Counted from the stretch's first letter, positions 26,967 through 38,201 are shown. The stretch: DNA of 64,000 bases from an uncultured Gemmatimonadota bacterium (GCA_964626665.1 CAZVGK010000003.1:32001-96000), one strand, 5' to 3'. Program-made: numbers and translations. The notes: generated from the letters alone by a model not told the origin.

Positions 26967-29441
26967 TTACTTGTCAGAGGTAATCTGTGGAGAGCGGTGG
27001 CTGGTTATCTTCTTCTCTCCCCCTTTCCATCTGCTTACAAAGCTCAGCTCATTCCCCTCCCTTTCCACCTCGATGTCCGCTCCATCAACCACATCACCGT
27101 CAAGAATCCCCTCGGCCAAGGGATCCTCGATAAGCCTTCTGATCACCCTCTTCAGTGGTCTGGCCCCAAATGAGGGGTCATAGCCCTTCTCCGCCAGTAG
27201 TTCCTTCGCCTCCTTGGTCAGCTTGAAGGTGAGCTTCTTCTGCTTGAGCCTCTGGTTGAACTCCTGAAGGAGGATGTCCACTACCTTTACCATATCCTCC
27301 TTTGTCAGGGAACGGAAGACGATTACCTCATCTAACCTATTGAGAAGCTCCGGGTTGAAGGTCTTCTTCAGCTCCTCAAGCAGCCTCTCCTTCATTTGTT
27401 CATAGAGGGCCCCCTCACCTGTCTTCTGAAAACCCATTGACTTTCCCTTCTCTATCTCCCTGGCCCCCATATTGGATGTCATAATGATTACCGTATCCTT
27501 GAAGTTCACCTTGCGGCCGAAGCTATCGGTAAGGGTCCCCTCGTCGAGTATCTGCAGAAGAAGATTGTAGACATCGGGATGTGCCTTCTCGATCTCATCG
27601 AGCAGAACAACGGAGTAGGGTTTTCTCCTCACCTTTTCGGTAAGCTGTCCACCCTCCTCATAGCCCACATATCCGGGAGGGGCCCCGATAAGCCTGGATA
27701 CGGCAAACTTCTCCATATACTCGGACATATCAATCCTTACCAAAGCTTCGGAGTCCTCAAAGAGGAACTCGGCTAAGGCCCTGGCAAGCTCCGTTTTGCC
27801 CACTCCAGTGGGTCCCAAAAAGACAAAAGAGCCAATGGGGCGATTGGGGTCCTTTAAACCAGCCCTGGTCCTCCTTATGGCCCGGGAGATGGCCCTGATG
27901 GCCTCATCCTGTCCCACTATCCTCTTGTGTAGCTCCTCCTCCATCCGCAGAAGCTTTTGGGATTCACTCTCCTCCAAACGTTGCACGGGAATGTCGGTCA
28001 TCTTGGAGACCACCTCGGCAATGTCGGAGGCGGTCAAAAGGACCTTGTTCTCCTTCCTCTCTTTCTCCCACTCCTGCATAGCCTTTTCTAACCTCTGGCC
28101 TAACTTTCTCAGCTTATCCCGTAGCTTGGCTGCTTTCTCAAACTCCTGATTTTTGACTGCCTCCTGCTTTTTGCCCTCCACCTTGGCCATCTCCCCCTCT
28201 ATTTCCACAATGGACGAGGGCTTAATCAAGGAGTTGAGATGGGCCCGGGAGCCTGCTTCATCGATCACATCTATGGCCTTATCGGGCTGATACCTGCCGG
28301 AGATATATCTATCGGAGAGCTGCACTGCTGCCTCCACGGCATCCTCACTGATCATCACCCTGTGATGCTCCTCGTATTTAGACCTTAGTCCCCTGAGGAT
28401 CTCCACGGTCTGCTCATAGGTGGTGGGGTCCACCATCACCGGTTGGAACCTCCGCTCCAAGGCTCCATCCTTTTCAATATGTTTTCTGTATTCATCCAAG
28501 GTGGTGGCCCCAACACATTGCAATTCCCCTCGGGAAAGGGCAGGTTTGAATATGTTGGAGGCATCCAATGAACCCTCTGCCCCTCCTGCTCCCACAATGG
28601 TGTGTAGCTCGTCTATGAAAAGGATTACATTGCCACTGTTCTTTATCTCGTTGATCACCGCCTTGATCCTCTCCTCAAATTGGCCCCGATATTTGGTCCC
28701 AGCCACCAAAGCGGCCATATCCAGGGTAACCACTCTCTTTTCGCTCAGGATCTGGGGCACTTCACCGGCAACGATCCTCTGGGCTAAACCCTCCACAATA
28801 GCTGTCTTACCCACCCCGGGTTCCCCAATGAGAGCCGGGTTGTTCTTCTTTCTTCTGCTCAAAATTTGGGTTACCCTTTGAATCTCCTTCTGCCGGCCAA
28901 TTATGGGGTCGATCTTCCCCTTCCCGGTCAGGTCGGTGAGATCCCGGCCAAAGTGATCCAGGGCTGGCGTTTTGCTCTTTCTGCCTGGGGCACCAGCTAT
29001 AGCCTCACCAGAGGAGATTTTCCTCAGTTCCTCAAACACGGTCTGATAGTCAATATCATACATAGCGAGTATCTGGGAGGCAACGCTCTTGGGATCCTTC
29101 AGAATGGCCAAAAGCAAGTGCTCTGTGCCCACATTCTTAGAGTTGGTCATCCTGGCCTCTTGCGCAGCTATCTCCAGCACCCTTCTCGCCCGAGGGGTAA
29201 AGGGAATCTGACCAATAGTGAGGGTTCCTCCGGTGGCCGCCACTGCCTCCTCAATTGATTGCTTCAACTCGTCCAGTTCTAAATCCAGGTTCAACAGGAT
29301 GGAAATGGCCATCCCTTCCCCCTCCCTGATTATCCCCAAGAGCAGGTGCTCTGTGCCTATATAGTCATGCCTCAGCCTTCCCGCCTCTTCTCTGGCAAAC
29401 TGGATCACCTTCTTTACCCTCTCACTGAACATTCCATCCAT
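26967..29441 (-). CDS. clpC: ATP-dependent Clp protease ATPase ClpC
   Basis: double Clp-N repeat, [11 protein letters not shown] middle domain, [12 protein letters not shown] loop, GARPL. Confidence 0.95.
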   Translation of the reverse strand: MDGMFSERVKKVIQFAREEAGRLRHDYIGTEHLLLGIIREGEGMAISILLNLDLELDELKQSIEEAVAATGGTLTIGQIPFTPRARRVLEIAAQEARMTNSKNVGTEHLLLAILKDPKSVASQILAMYDIDYQTVFEELRKISSGEAIAGAPGRKSKTPALDHFGRDLTDLTGKGKIDPIIGRQKEIQRVTQILSRRKKNNPALIGEPGVGKTAIVEGLAQRIVAGEVPQILSEKRVVTLDMAALVAGTKYRGQFEERIKAVINEIKNSGNVILFIDELHTIVGAGGAEGSLDASNIFKPALSRGELQCVGATTLDEYRKHIEKDGALERRFQPVMVDPTTYEQTVEILRGLRSKYEEHHRVMISEDAVEAAVQLSDRYISGRYQPDKAIDVIDEAGSRAHLNSLIKPSSIVEIEGEMAKVEGKKQEAVKNQEFEKAAKLRDKLRKLGQRLEKAMQEWEKERKENKVLLTASDIAEVVSKMTDIPVQRLEESESQKLLRMEEELHKRIVGQDEAIRAISRAIRRTRAGLKDPNRPIGSFVFLGPTGVGKTELARALAEFLFEDSEALVRIDMSEYMEKFAVSRLIGAPPGYVGYEEGGQLTEKVRRKPYSVVLLDEIEKAHPDVYNLLLQILDEGTLTDSFGRKVNFKDTVIIMTSNMGAREIEKGKSMGFQKTGEGALYEQMKERLLEELKKTFNPELLNRLDEVIVFRSLTKEDMVKVVDILLQEFNQRLKQKKLTFKLTKEAKELLAEKGYDPSFGARPLKRVIRRLIEDPLAEGILDGDVVDGADIEVEREGNELSFVSRWKGGEKKITSHRSPQITSDK

Positions 29442-30501
29442 CTTGTTCTCCTTTAGAAAGTTTGCTCCTCACCAAGGCAGCTCTCTCTACATCCCTTTCG
29501 GGAGCATCAATCACTCGATTTAAGTTCTTTTGCAGGTGGGCCGGTTGGGTCAACAGGAGCAATTGGTTAATGGCCAGAAGGGAGACAGAATTTATTACTC
29601 CCATTCCCAATCCTAACCTAAGGGCAGAGAGGAGATTCATCACCTCCTGGGAGGTGAGCACCCGTGCATTCTGCAGAATTCCATAGGCCCGCCAGATCTT
29701 GTCCTCTATCTGATCCCGGGCATCCTTAATCAAGGTTTCCCTTGCCTTCTCCTCATAGGAAATTACCTGTTTGGTAATTCTCTCCAAGTTCTCAATGATC
29801 TCCTCCTCAGATCTTCCCAAAGTAGTCTGATTTGATATCTGAAAGAGGTTTCCTAAGACATTGGTTCCCTCCCCATAAAATCCCCTGACCACGAACCCCA
29901 CCTGGGAGACCCCTTTAAGGACCTTGTTGATGTCATTGGTCAAGACCAACCCAGGGAGATGAATGAGCACCGAGGCCCGCAGGCCGGTGCCTGTATTGGT
30001 GGGACAGGCAGTGAGAAAGCCGAACCTTTCGGAAAAGGAGAATTCCATCCCTCGGCTCAGTTGATCATCTGCGTGGTCAACAATCTCCCAGGCAGAATTG
30101 GGTTGAAATCCAGACTGAATAACCTGGATCCGAAGATGGTCCTCTTCATTGACCATTATGCTCAATACCTCCCCCTCACCCACAAAGAGCCCTCCCTCTC
30201 CCCCATCTCGACCAAACCCAGGAGAGGTCAGGTGTCTCTCTACCAAAAAGTCCTTGTCCAAATCGGAGAGGTCATCCATCTGGAGAAAAAGACTCTGATT
30301 AGAAGGCCGAAAGTCCCTCACCGCATCCCTCACGGCCTCCAAGATCTGGTTTAACTGCTCTTTTCTGGCATAATGGACAAAAGGGAAACCCTTCAGGTTG
30401 CGGGCCAGCCTTACCCGACTAGAGAGGACGAGATCAGGGTGAGGACCGCTCCCATCCAGCCAAGTGGCCAGTTTATGCTTCAAATCATTCAAAGTAGACA
30501 T
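29422..30501 (-). CDS. mcsB: protein arginine kinase McsB
   Basis: SSRVRLARN, NEEDHLR, LTACPTN.GTGLRAS, FQISNQ.TLG. Confidence 0.95.
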   Translation of the reverse strand: MSTLNDLKHKLATWLDGSGPHPDLVLSSRVRLARNLKGFPFVHYARKEQLNQILEAVRDAVRDFRPSNQSLFLQMDDLSDLDKDFLVERHLTSPGFGRDGGEGGLFVGEGEVLSIMVNEEDHLRIQVIQSGFQPNSAWEIVDHADDQLSRGMEFSFSERFGFLTACPTNTGTGLRASVLIHLPGLVLTNDINKVLKGVSQVGFVVRGFYGEGTNVLGNLFQISNQTTLGRSEEEIIENLERITKQVISYEEKARETLIKDARDQIEDKIWRAYGILQNARVLTSQEVMNLLSALRLGLGMGVINSVSLLAINQLLLLTQPAHLQKNLNRVIDAPERDVERAALVRSKLSKGEQDGWNVQ

Positions 30502-31005
30502 TTAACCGTTTTCGCTCAGATCTCTTATCCTATCCCTAAGCTCGGCTGCCTTCTCAAACTCCTCATTTTCTATAGACTTACGCAGGTCATCCCTTAGTTT
30601 CCTCACCTCCCTCTTCAACTCCATCTTTAGGGTCAGCCGAGGAGGCGATTTCCCTACATGCTGGTTGCTCCCATGAATCCTGCGCAAGAGATCCTTCAAC
30701 TGGGAGGAGAAGGTCTCATAGCAAACCCCACAGCCAAGCTTACCGGTCTTCTCAAACTCGGCGAAGCTGTGGCCACATCCCGGGCAAATTTTCTCCGCCC
30801 CTTTTCCCTCCACATTCTCAGATTCTTTCTTAGTCATTCCTGCAAAAAGGTCGCCCAAGGAGAAGGAGATATTGCTTATGGCATCTTTCAATCCCCTCTT
30901 CTCTGCACATTTGCGGCAGAGATGGAGAACCGTTTTTTTTCCATTAACTATCTGGGTAAATTTTATCGTGGCTGGGTTCTTTCCACAGTCATCGCAAAGC
31001 ATCAA
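30502..31005 (-). CDS. mcsA: McsB activator McsA
   Basis: four CxxC motifs plus UVR domain (EEFEKAAELRD). Confidence 0.93.
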   Translation of the reverse strand: MMLCDDCGKNPATIKFTQIVNGKKTVLHLCRKCAEKRGLKDAISNISFSLGDLFAGMTKKESENVEGKGAEKICPGCGHSFAEFEKTGKLGCGVCYETFSSQLKDLLRRIHGSNQHVGKSPPRLTLKMELKREVRKLRDDLRKSIENEEFEKAAELRDRIRDLSENG

Positions 31006-31678
31006 CCTTCTCCTGGGTTAAGACCCCATCCTTTAACCTATAAACCCTGTTGGCCTGATGAGCCAATGCTTCATTATGGGTAACTATAACGAAAATTTGA
31101 CCCTGACTGCGATGCAACTCCCAGATGAGCTCGTGCAGTTCGTCGCTGCTCTTCTTGTCTAAGTTCCCCGATGGCTCATCGGCCAAAATGAGCTTGGGGC
31201 GATTGGCCAAGGCCCGGGCTACAGCTAACCTCTGCTGTTCACCGCCGGAGAGCTGTTGGGGAGACTGTTGGGAATGCTCCTGCAGATTTACCTGCTCCAA
31301 GAGCTCATAGGCTCTTTCCTTGGCCTGGGATAAGGGAACGCCAGCTATCAATTGGGGGATAGCGAGGTTTTCCCAGGCGGAAAACTCGGGCAAGAGATGG
31401 TGAAATTGAAAGACAAAACCCAACTTCCTGCTCCGAAACTCTGCCAATCTCCTACCGTTCAAGCTCAGAATACTCTCCCCGTCGATCTCGATCTCCCCCT
31501 GGTCTGGCCGATCCAAAGTCCCCAATATATGTAACAAGGTGCTCTTTCCCGCCCCAGAAGCTCCCACCACCGAGGCAATTTCCCCCTCCCCCACCTCCAT
31601 CTCTGCCCCCTGAAGAACGGGGAGAAATCTGCTCCCCCAAGGGAAACCCTTAAATATGCCCCTTGCTTTCAAAGCCAC
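30989..31678 (-). CDS. lolD: lipoprotein-releasing ABC ATPase LolD
   Basis: GASGAGKST, FVFQFHHLLPEF, LSGGEQQR, ADEPSGNLD; GTG start inferred. Confidence 0.88.
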   Translation of the reverse strand: MALKARGIFKGFPWGSRFLPVLQGAEMEVGEGEIASVVGASGAGKSTLLHILGTLDRPDQGEIEIDGESILSLNGRRLAEFRSRKLGFVFQFHHLLPEFSAWENLAIPQLIAGVPLSQAKERAYELLEQVNLQEHSQQSPQQLSGGEQQRLAVARALANRPKLILADEPSGNLDKKSSDELHELIWELHRSQGQIFVIVTHNEALAHQANRVYRLKDGVLTQEKVDALR

Positions 31679-31771
31679 CCCACATCTCCCCCTGGCCTCA
31701 GAAGGCGAGATGAACAGCATTGATACTGCAGTATAGATTCCCTGTCATTCTCAATTCTACATTCTAAATTT

Positions 31772-32980
31772 TCAGTACCTGATTGCCTCTACCGGAATCA
31801 GTTTGGCTGCCTTATACGCTGGATAGAGGGAAGCCAAGGTGCAAATCACCAGGGAAGCCAGGGCCACCATAATGAAATCCAGTGGATGCATATCTATGGG
31901 CAGGGAGTTGATAAAATAGATCTGAGAGGGCAAGGAGATAATTTTAAAGGTCTCCTGAGCCCAACAGAGGGCATATCCAAGGCCACTTCCCAAAATGGCT
32001 CCCACGGCACCTACTACCAGGCCTTCGAACAAGAAGATACGCCTTATCCCCTGGGAGGTGGCCCCCATTGACTTCAGAATTCCTATCTCCTTGGTCTTCT
32101 CCATTACTACCATTATCAAGGTACTGATGATGTTGAAGGCAGCCACTAAGATTATCAGGCAGAGAATGAGAAACATAGACCACTTCTCGATCTTCATCCA
32201 ACTGAAAAGGTTCTTATGCTGATGCATCCAGTCCACTGCATAATAGGGATAGCCGAGATGGCGGTCCAGCTCATTGGCAACCCTCCCCGCCTGGTAGTAG
32301 TCTCTGATCTTTACCTCGACCCCACTTACCCTGTCCCCTAAATTAAAAAGTTTTTGCGCCTTGTCAAGGGAAATCAGAGCCAATTGTGAATCATATTCAT
32401 ACATCCCGGTTTCGAAGATCCCAGTCACCTCAAATTTAGTGACCTTGGGCACAGAGAGACCTGGATTGAACTCCTCCTTTCCCAAGCTGAAGAGGTTTAC
32501 CCTATCTCCTACGGATACCCCTAACTCCTCTGCCAGGTCTGAGCCCAGGCAAATTCCCTCCTGCAGATCAAAATCACCTGATTTGATGTTCTCCCCTATT
32601 CTGGTAACCCTCAATTCCTTCTGGGGAAGAACCCCCCGCACGGCAATACCATCACTTGCCTTGGCAGAGGCGATTGCCGCCTTGGCAAAGACAAAGGGGG
32701 AGGCGGCCACAACATCCTTCCACTCTTCCACCTGGGAGATAACCTTTGGATAATCCTCCATCCCCCCTTCCTCCATAGAGAAGACAGTGATATGGGAGGT
32801 AGTCCCGATTATGCGGGAACGAACCTCGGTCTCAAAGCCATTCATCACTGAGAGGACAATTACCAAGGCAGCCACACCCACCAATACCCCACCCACGGAG
32901 ATTAGGGTGATAATGGAGATAAACCTTGATCTCTTCCTGGCTGTAAGATACCTCTTGGCAATAAAAAGCTCATAGGACAT
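31772..32980 (-). CDS. lolE: lipoprotein-releasing ABC permease LolC/E
   Basis: ELFIAKRYL, VLSVMNGF, F.TG.YEYD, VAAFNI, EIGILKSMGA. Confidence 0.9.
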   Translation of the reverse strand: MSYELFIAKRYLTARKRSRFISIITLISVGGVLVGVAALVIVLSVMNGFETEVRSRIIGTTSHITVFSMEEGGMEDYPKVISQVEEWKDVVAASPFVFAKAAIASAKASDGIAVRGVLPQKELRVTRIGENIKSGDFDLQEGICLGSDLAEELGVSVGDRVNLFSLGKEEFNPGLSVPKVTKFEVTGIFETGMYEYDSQLALISLDKAQKLFNLGDRVSGVEVKIRDYYQAGRVANELDRHLGYPYYAVDWMHQHKNLFSWMKIEKWSMFLILCLIILVAAFNIISTLIMVVMEKTKEIGILKSMGATSQGIRRIFLFEGLVVGAVGAILGSGLGYALCWAQETFKIISLPSQIYFINSLPIDMHPLDFIMVALASLVICTLASLYPAYKAAKLIPVEAIRY

Positions 32981-33056
32981 CCAATTCACCTATTGCTTGT
33001 TGAAAACGCCATCATCCTTAACCACCTGTTGAGATACGCCTATCCAGGCTCCAGTT

Positions 33057-35213
33057 CTACTTCAGGAGAACCATCTTCTTTATCCCGGTATAATCTCTTG
33101 CTCTCAACTGGTAAAAATAGATGCCGCTGGAAAGAGGGTTTCCATCTTTATCCTTCCCATCCCACACAACCCGATAGTAACCAGCAGGTTGTTCCTCATC
33201 TACCAGAATCCTCACTTCTCGCCCCAGGATGTTGTAGATGCTTAGACTGACTGCTGACCGCTGACCTGTGCTCGGAACAGCACTGCTGATAGCTGGGAGG
33301 TGGTAGCGGATGAGGGTGGTAGGGTTAAAGGGATTGGGGTGGTTCTGAGAAAGAGAGAATGAATGAGGCACAAATCTATGCTTGATTGCCTCTACACCTG
33401 TCAACCCAAACCAATCGTGCAGGATGTTCTGCATCAGCGTATCCGCCTGGAGAGTGAGGGTGCTGGTATCGGCACAATCAACGATGGCCCCAAAACACCA
33501 GGGCAGAAAGACAGTCTTAAACCCTTCGGCATCCGCTAACCGGGTGCCACTGTGTTCTCCGCTTTCGCTTCCCTTGAAGATGTTCACCCCCTGGCCTGTA
33601 GCTTGGGTATAATCGGCCCAGTTGGCCACCCCAACACAGGTTGGATGAAGCTCTACAGGGTCAGCAACGAAGTCACCAGAGACAGGATCATCAACATTTA
33701 CCCCATAAAATGTCGTATCCCCAAGGCTGATGGTATCCTGCATATTGGGATCGCTAACACAGGATTGAACCCCCAGATAATCATAGGCAAACTCCCCAGG
33801 CTCAAAACTGACCTCTACCCCACTCTCTATACCCCTCCTCCAGAAATAGTCCTGATCGGCAAGGAAAAGCTTCCCCCCATTATTCAGATACTTGATAAGC
33901 GGATATTCAGACTCCGACTCCAAGGTGTCCGGTCGAGGAAGATTGCCACATCCCCAGCCAAACCAGATTATGGCATCCCATTGGTTACAGACCACAGAGC
34001 TGTCTATCCCCTTGCTCTCCTCAGCAAACCAGGTGGGCTCATAGGAGTAGCCCAGCCTGTCCAACAGATCCTCATAGTATCCAGCCCTCTGCTTACTAAC
34101 ATCACCATCTCCTACCAGAAGTATCTGTGCCCCGGGGTTCTGTGGCTCCTTGATGACAAAGGACTTAGCCTCATCTCCACAGTCCCCTGCCCACTTGCTG
34201 GGCTTGCCATCGTTGTCCACACAGGTGCACCAGTAGATTATCGTATCACCGACGGAGAATGGACCGGGGAGATAACCGGTGGCTGTGTATCTGCTTCCCT
34301 TCATCTCGGTCAGCTTCATAGGAACCTCTGCCGTATCCCCAGAGCCACTTACCGTATAATGCAAGGTAGCCTCAGTGATCCAGCCATCAGGATCGGACAT
34401 CTGGGCAGTTATCTTGATGTTCTCCCTTAACCAGGTATTGCTCTTATGTTCGGATTTCGCGGTAGGGCGAAAATACGGATTCCCGTAATAGCGGACAACT
34501 GCCTTCATCATAATCTCAGGGCACCACCGCTCCGGCCGGCCGGCTGAATAAAAGTAAACAAAATACCAGTGCCTATCATGCCCATAGGTAAACCGCCAAT
34601 GCTGAGTATAATTATAAGGAGGATAGATGGGTTCATAGTAACTATAATCATCCATATAGATATAAGGTTTTCCCTCCCAATCAGATTTGAAACCTACGGC
34701 AAAGAGGCTATCCCCAGGAAACTCCAATACATAACCGTTGGGAAATTCCCTGAAATCACACCACTCCCAACCACCAGTCCCAGAGATGTTCCACTCGGCC
34801 TGGGTGGGTAATTCATTATCAGTCACTGGCCAGGGGAAGGAGGAATCACTGGAGGCGTAACCATATCTGCAAACAAAAAGCTTTGCAGTCCCTGAGCTGG
34901 CAAATACACCACCAACTGCATATAGGGAGCAGGGGGCAAGGGGTCTAAACCAATTCACCGTGCTGTCATAGGGGGTCAAGTATTCGCCAAAATCTCTAAA
35001 GGGACCACCAATACACCAGGTCATAGTATCAATGACCATACCATTAGTCGAAATTATGCGATGCCTCAAACCCATATCATCAATAAGCTCAACCTCCCCT
35101 CCTGTCATAGAAGTTAAACCTAATCTCTGGTTGTCTGGATTCAATGCATAAAGGGGCAAGATCGATGTAATCAAGATTATCGATGAAATGGCAACTACAA
35201 TAAACTTACCCAT
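33057..35213 (-). CDS. secreted protein with T9SS/FlgD-Ig-type C-terminal domain (paralogue A)
   Basis: signal peptide; CTD LSQNHPNPFN..SSGIYFY..KKMVLLK; GGAGG SD. Confidence 0.85.
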   Translation of the reverse strand: MGKFIVVAISSIILITSILPLYALNPDNQRLGLTSMTGGEVELIDDMGLRHRIISTNGMVIDTMTWCIGGPFRDFGEYLTPYDSTVNWFRPLAPCSLYAVGGVFASSGTAKLFVCRYGYASSDSSFPWPVTDNELPTQAEWNISGTGGWEWCDFREFPNGYVLEFPGDSLFAVGFKSDWEGKPYIYMDDYSYYEPIYPPYNYTQHWRFTYGHDRHWYFVYFYSAGRPERWCPEIMMKAVVRYYGNPYFRPTAKSEHKSNTWLRENIKITAQMSDPDGWITEATLHYTVSGSGDTAEVPMKLTEMKGSRYTATGYLPGPFSVGDTIIYWCTCVDNDGKPSKWAGDCGDEAKSFVIKEPQNPGAQILLVGDGDVSKQRAGYYEDLLDRLGYSYEPTWFAEESKGIDSSVVCNQWDAIIWFGWGCGNLPRPDTLESESEYPLIKYLNNGGKLFLADQDYFWRRGIESGVEVSFEPGEFAYDYLGVQSCVSDPNMQDTISLGDTTFYGVNVDDPVSGDFVADPVELHPTCVGVANWADYTQATGQGVNIFKGSESGEHSGTRLADAEGFKTVFLPWCFGAIVDCADTSTLTLQADTLMQNILHDWFGLTGVEAIKHRFVPHSFSLSQNHPNPFNPTTLIRYHLPAISSAVPSTGQRSAVSLSIYNILGREVRILVDEEQPAGYYRVVWDGKDKDGNPLSSGIYFYQLRARDYTGIKKMVLLK

Positions 35214-35234
35214 TTCTCCCTCCTTTCTTCTAAT

Positions 35235-35414
35235 CAGGGATTCCACATTCAGCTTTTTAAAATAAATATTGAGGATGCTTAACAAACCGGAGTTTATTAT
35301 CTTAACCAGGCACAGACATATACATCTACAGATCAAAGACAACAATAGGGATAGAAAAAATTAGCGCAATAGCATTTTCAATGTTTGATTTATTTTCATA
35401 AGGTGGAATCCCTG
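35235..35414. mobile_element. 180-bp MITE
   Basis: perfect 12-bp terminal IR CAGGGATTCCAC; 5-bp duplication CTAAT (35230-35234, 35415-35419); empty sites in the paralogous spacers near 42177 and 44407. Confidence 0.9.
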
Positions 35415-35507
35415 CTAATCAAACCTTAATCTCTTGAAGTTAAATGTTAGTGATGGATAATCCTCTACCCCAGAGGCATTGCTAAGCCTGGGCCTGGAGC
35501 GCCAGGC

Positions 35508-38201
35508 CTACTTGAGCAAAATCATCCTCCTGGTCTCCATAAAATCCCCTGCCCGAAGCCTGTAAAAGTAGATGCCAGAAGCAAATAAGTTCGCATCCCA
35601 CACGGTTGTCTTGTATCCAGATTTCTGCTTCCCTTCTACCAATGTAGTCACTCTCTGGCCCAAGATGTTATAAATTTCCAGCTTGACCTGAGAGTCTCTG
35701 GGCAGGGTATAGCTTATCTTTGTAACTGCGTTGAACGGGTTGGGATAATTTTGACCCAAAGAATATGTTTTAGGAATACTCTGAACCTCATCCTCGCCGT
35801 CGATACCGCTTGATATCCCGAACCAGTTTAGAGCCATTTCCATAAACACATTCCTCATGCTGTCAGAATCTATAGCCTCAAACCCAAAGCCTAAATAGAC
35901 GGCTTTATACTCGAAGTATGGATGGTGGATCTTGATAGCTGCTGAGCCAGTCTCGGAGCCTGAATAACTATCATAGGTCAAGATAGGTTCCGCCCACCTA
36001 ATCCGGGGCTCCAAAACATCTGGATACAATTGGTTGCCCGCTCCCGTTCCACCGCTCAAGTCGAAGCTCATCCCATTGGTTATGGTATCGGACTCCACCC
36101 CGGAGATTCCCAAATCACTGAAGTTCGCATCTCCCGTTATTTCTACCCCCAGGACCCTACGGAAGAAGGAGGTATAATCGTACCTGCTCACTTCTTGTCC
36201 GCATAGGAATATGTTGCCACCAGATTCCTGCAAATAGGCGGTGACATTATTTCCTTCCTCCTGTGCAAGTCCCTTCTTATCCCCAGTCAGCCAAATGACT
36301 GCACCTTGGCTGTATAATTTCAGGATACTATCACTGGGAATGCCGTAAAAATAGTTGTGCCAGACATCATAAGAGAAGTCATTGGCGTCTAAGGCATCTG
36401 TATAGTATGACTCATAAGGTTTATGGCTTGGACTCCAATTGGGATGGTTGTAGCCGTCATCATCAACAACTAAGATATCGGCAGTTTGGGTAAACCCTTT
36501 GGTGGTAAACCCCGCGAAGTTCTCGTACACTTTGGAGTTGTTCAAGCTATCCGTAGTAGCTATGTTGATGTTATAATGGCGCTCAATACCCGTTGTAGTT
36601 GTCCAGCTACCACCGTATATTTCCCCTTTCCCCGGAGATAAGACAACCGAATCAACAAAGACACCATAAGGGCTCTCGATAGTAGCCATTACTAACTGGA
36701 TGGGAGAGGCATCCTTAACATAGACACTGATATTCACTGTGTCTCCCGGTATTGTGCAAACAGGGCCTACAGAAGCACTGTAAACAATGGGAGCATCATC
36801 ATCTATGTAGGAAGCAAGAAAATATCCCCTCTCGTATTGCGCCAAGATCGAGTCTGCATTGGCAAGGAGATCTTCAAAGGTAACCCCGGCCACCACGGCA
36901 ACGGTCACCTCGGTCTCCTCCCCTGGCCCTAACCTGAAAGGCCCCGATGCCATCAAATGCCTTACATCTCGGGGAACGGTAAAGGTCTCAAACTGATGTT
37001 CTGGATCAGTGTCATTGGGAACATCTATACCCACCAGCTCGGCATATTTGAGGTGGTCCATGCCGGTATTGTCTACCTGATTCTCCTGCCCCTCCCTGGT
37101 CCAGGTCTGAAAGCCGGTCATACCAATGTCCTTGGGGGTCTTACAGAACATCGAACCTATGTAACCTGCAGGATATCTCCAATCCGGCTCACTACCATTG
37201 GAATCGTAAGTATAGCCCAAATTCAACTCCCTGTTGTAGCCGATCAGATCATCGTTTGATCCCTCAGGGTCCTCATACCCAGCCTGACCTACATCGTTAT
37301 CCATAAAGTAGCCCACATAGACGCTATCCAGGGGAAAGGAGTTCATATTCTTTATCTTGTAGTTGAAGTAGATGTACCCATCATGTCCAAAGCTGTGCCA
37401 GGAGTAGGTCCTCTGCTCCAATCTAACCCCCAAACCATCAGTGTCATATCCCATAATAAAGATGGTACTGGCCGAATCTTCAGGTATCCAATCTCCCATC
37501 ACCGCCCAGGTATCTTCATCTGAGACGATGTGGCCACTGTCTGGATCCAATTGTTGATCCGGTGGTCTTCTCGAATTCAGGCTGGTGTCCGCATAGGGCC
37601 ACAGCTCCTGCCAGGGTTGAGGCTCACATCCTGGTTGAACATATTTGAACTCACCCGAATGGGGATCATCCTCTGGGAAGACTTCATTGCTCTGATAGAG
37701 TCTGCTCATCGCCCCCATATCTGAATAATAGGCTCCCGTGCTTACGCGAGGCTGCCACAGGGTATCATTCCCGATGACTTTTGGATAGGGAGCACCCACC
37801 CAGATTCCAGCGGCCCAGTTGTAATACTGCTTAGAACCGGCTGGATATTCCGCACAATAACCATTGCCATAGGTAAATGAATCCGGAAATGTCCCGTCAT
37901 ACCCACTCCAATCGGGTGGAGGTTCAAAATAACCACTCTGCCCTGTGTTGCTAATCGTGTACTGAGTCAAATCACCAGCCCCAATCCAGGAGATTATCCA
38001 GGGGGTTGGTTCATCTCCCTCATCTCTGGAAGCCACCCTTTCCTGCGGGAAAGCAAGGCCTTCCAGCCAGAGATTAGTCTCTTTGAACCTTGACTTGGCT
38101 GTCGAAGCCCAAAATGAAATCACAAGCTCCAGTAACAGGAAAACACCTACAACCTTTGCTCCGCTTCCTGCTACCCTGAAGAAAGTTCTTAATGGGTTCA
38201 T
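35508..38201 (-). CDS. secreted acidic protein with T9SS-type CTD (gene D)
   Basis: CTD LGQNYPNPFN..ASGIYFYRL..RRMILLK; ILVVDDD domain shared with the other array members. Confidence 0.85.
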   Translation of the reverse strand: MNPLRTFFRVAGSGAKVVGVFLLLELVISFWASTAKSRFKETNLWLEGLAFPQERVASRDEGDEPTPWIISWIGAGDLTQYTISNTGQSGYFEPPPDWSGYDGTFPDSFTYGNGYCAEYPAGSKQYYNWAAGIWVGAPYPKVIGNDTLWQPRVSTGAYYSDMGAMSRLYQSNEVFPEDDPHSGEFKYVQPGCEPQPWQELWPYADTSLNSRRPPDQQLDPDSGHIVSDEDTWAVMGDWIPEDSASTIFIMGYDTDGLGVRLEQRTYSWHSFGHDGYIYFNYKIKNMNSFPLDSVYVGYFMDNDVGQAGYEDPEGSNDDLIGYNRELNLGYTYDSNGSEPDWRYPAGYIGSMFCKTPKDIGMTGFQTWTREGQENQVDNTGMDHLKYAELVGIDVPNDTDPEHQFETFTVPRDVRHLMASGPFRLGPGEETEVTVAVVAGVTFEDLLANADSILAQYERGYFLASYIDDDAPIVYSASVGPVCTIPGDTVNISVYVKDASPIQLVMATIESPYGVFVDSVVLSPGKGEIYGGSWTTTTGIERHYNINIATTDSLNNSKVYENFAGFTTKGFTQTADILVVDDDGYNHPNWSPSHKPYESYYTDALDANDFSYDVWHNYFYGIPSDSILKLYSQGAVIWLTGDKKGLAQEEGNNVTAYLQESGGNIFLCGQEVSRYDYTSFFRRVLGVEITGDANFSDLGISGVESDTITNGMSFDLSGGTGAGNQLYPDVLEPRIRWAEPILTYDSYSGSETGSAAIKIHHPYFEYKAVYLGFGFEAIDSDSMRNVFMEMALNWFGISSGIDGEDEVQSIPKTYSLGQNYPNPFNAVTKISYTLPRDSQVKLEIYNILGQRVTTLVEGKQKSGYKTTVWDANLFASGIYFYRLRAGDFMETRRMILLK

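Noticed and set aside
33552-34430. 292-aa plus-strand ORF and its copies at 40718, 41510 and 43734
   Set aside because: Antisense shadows of the secreted paralogues; repeated only because the real genes are
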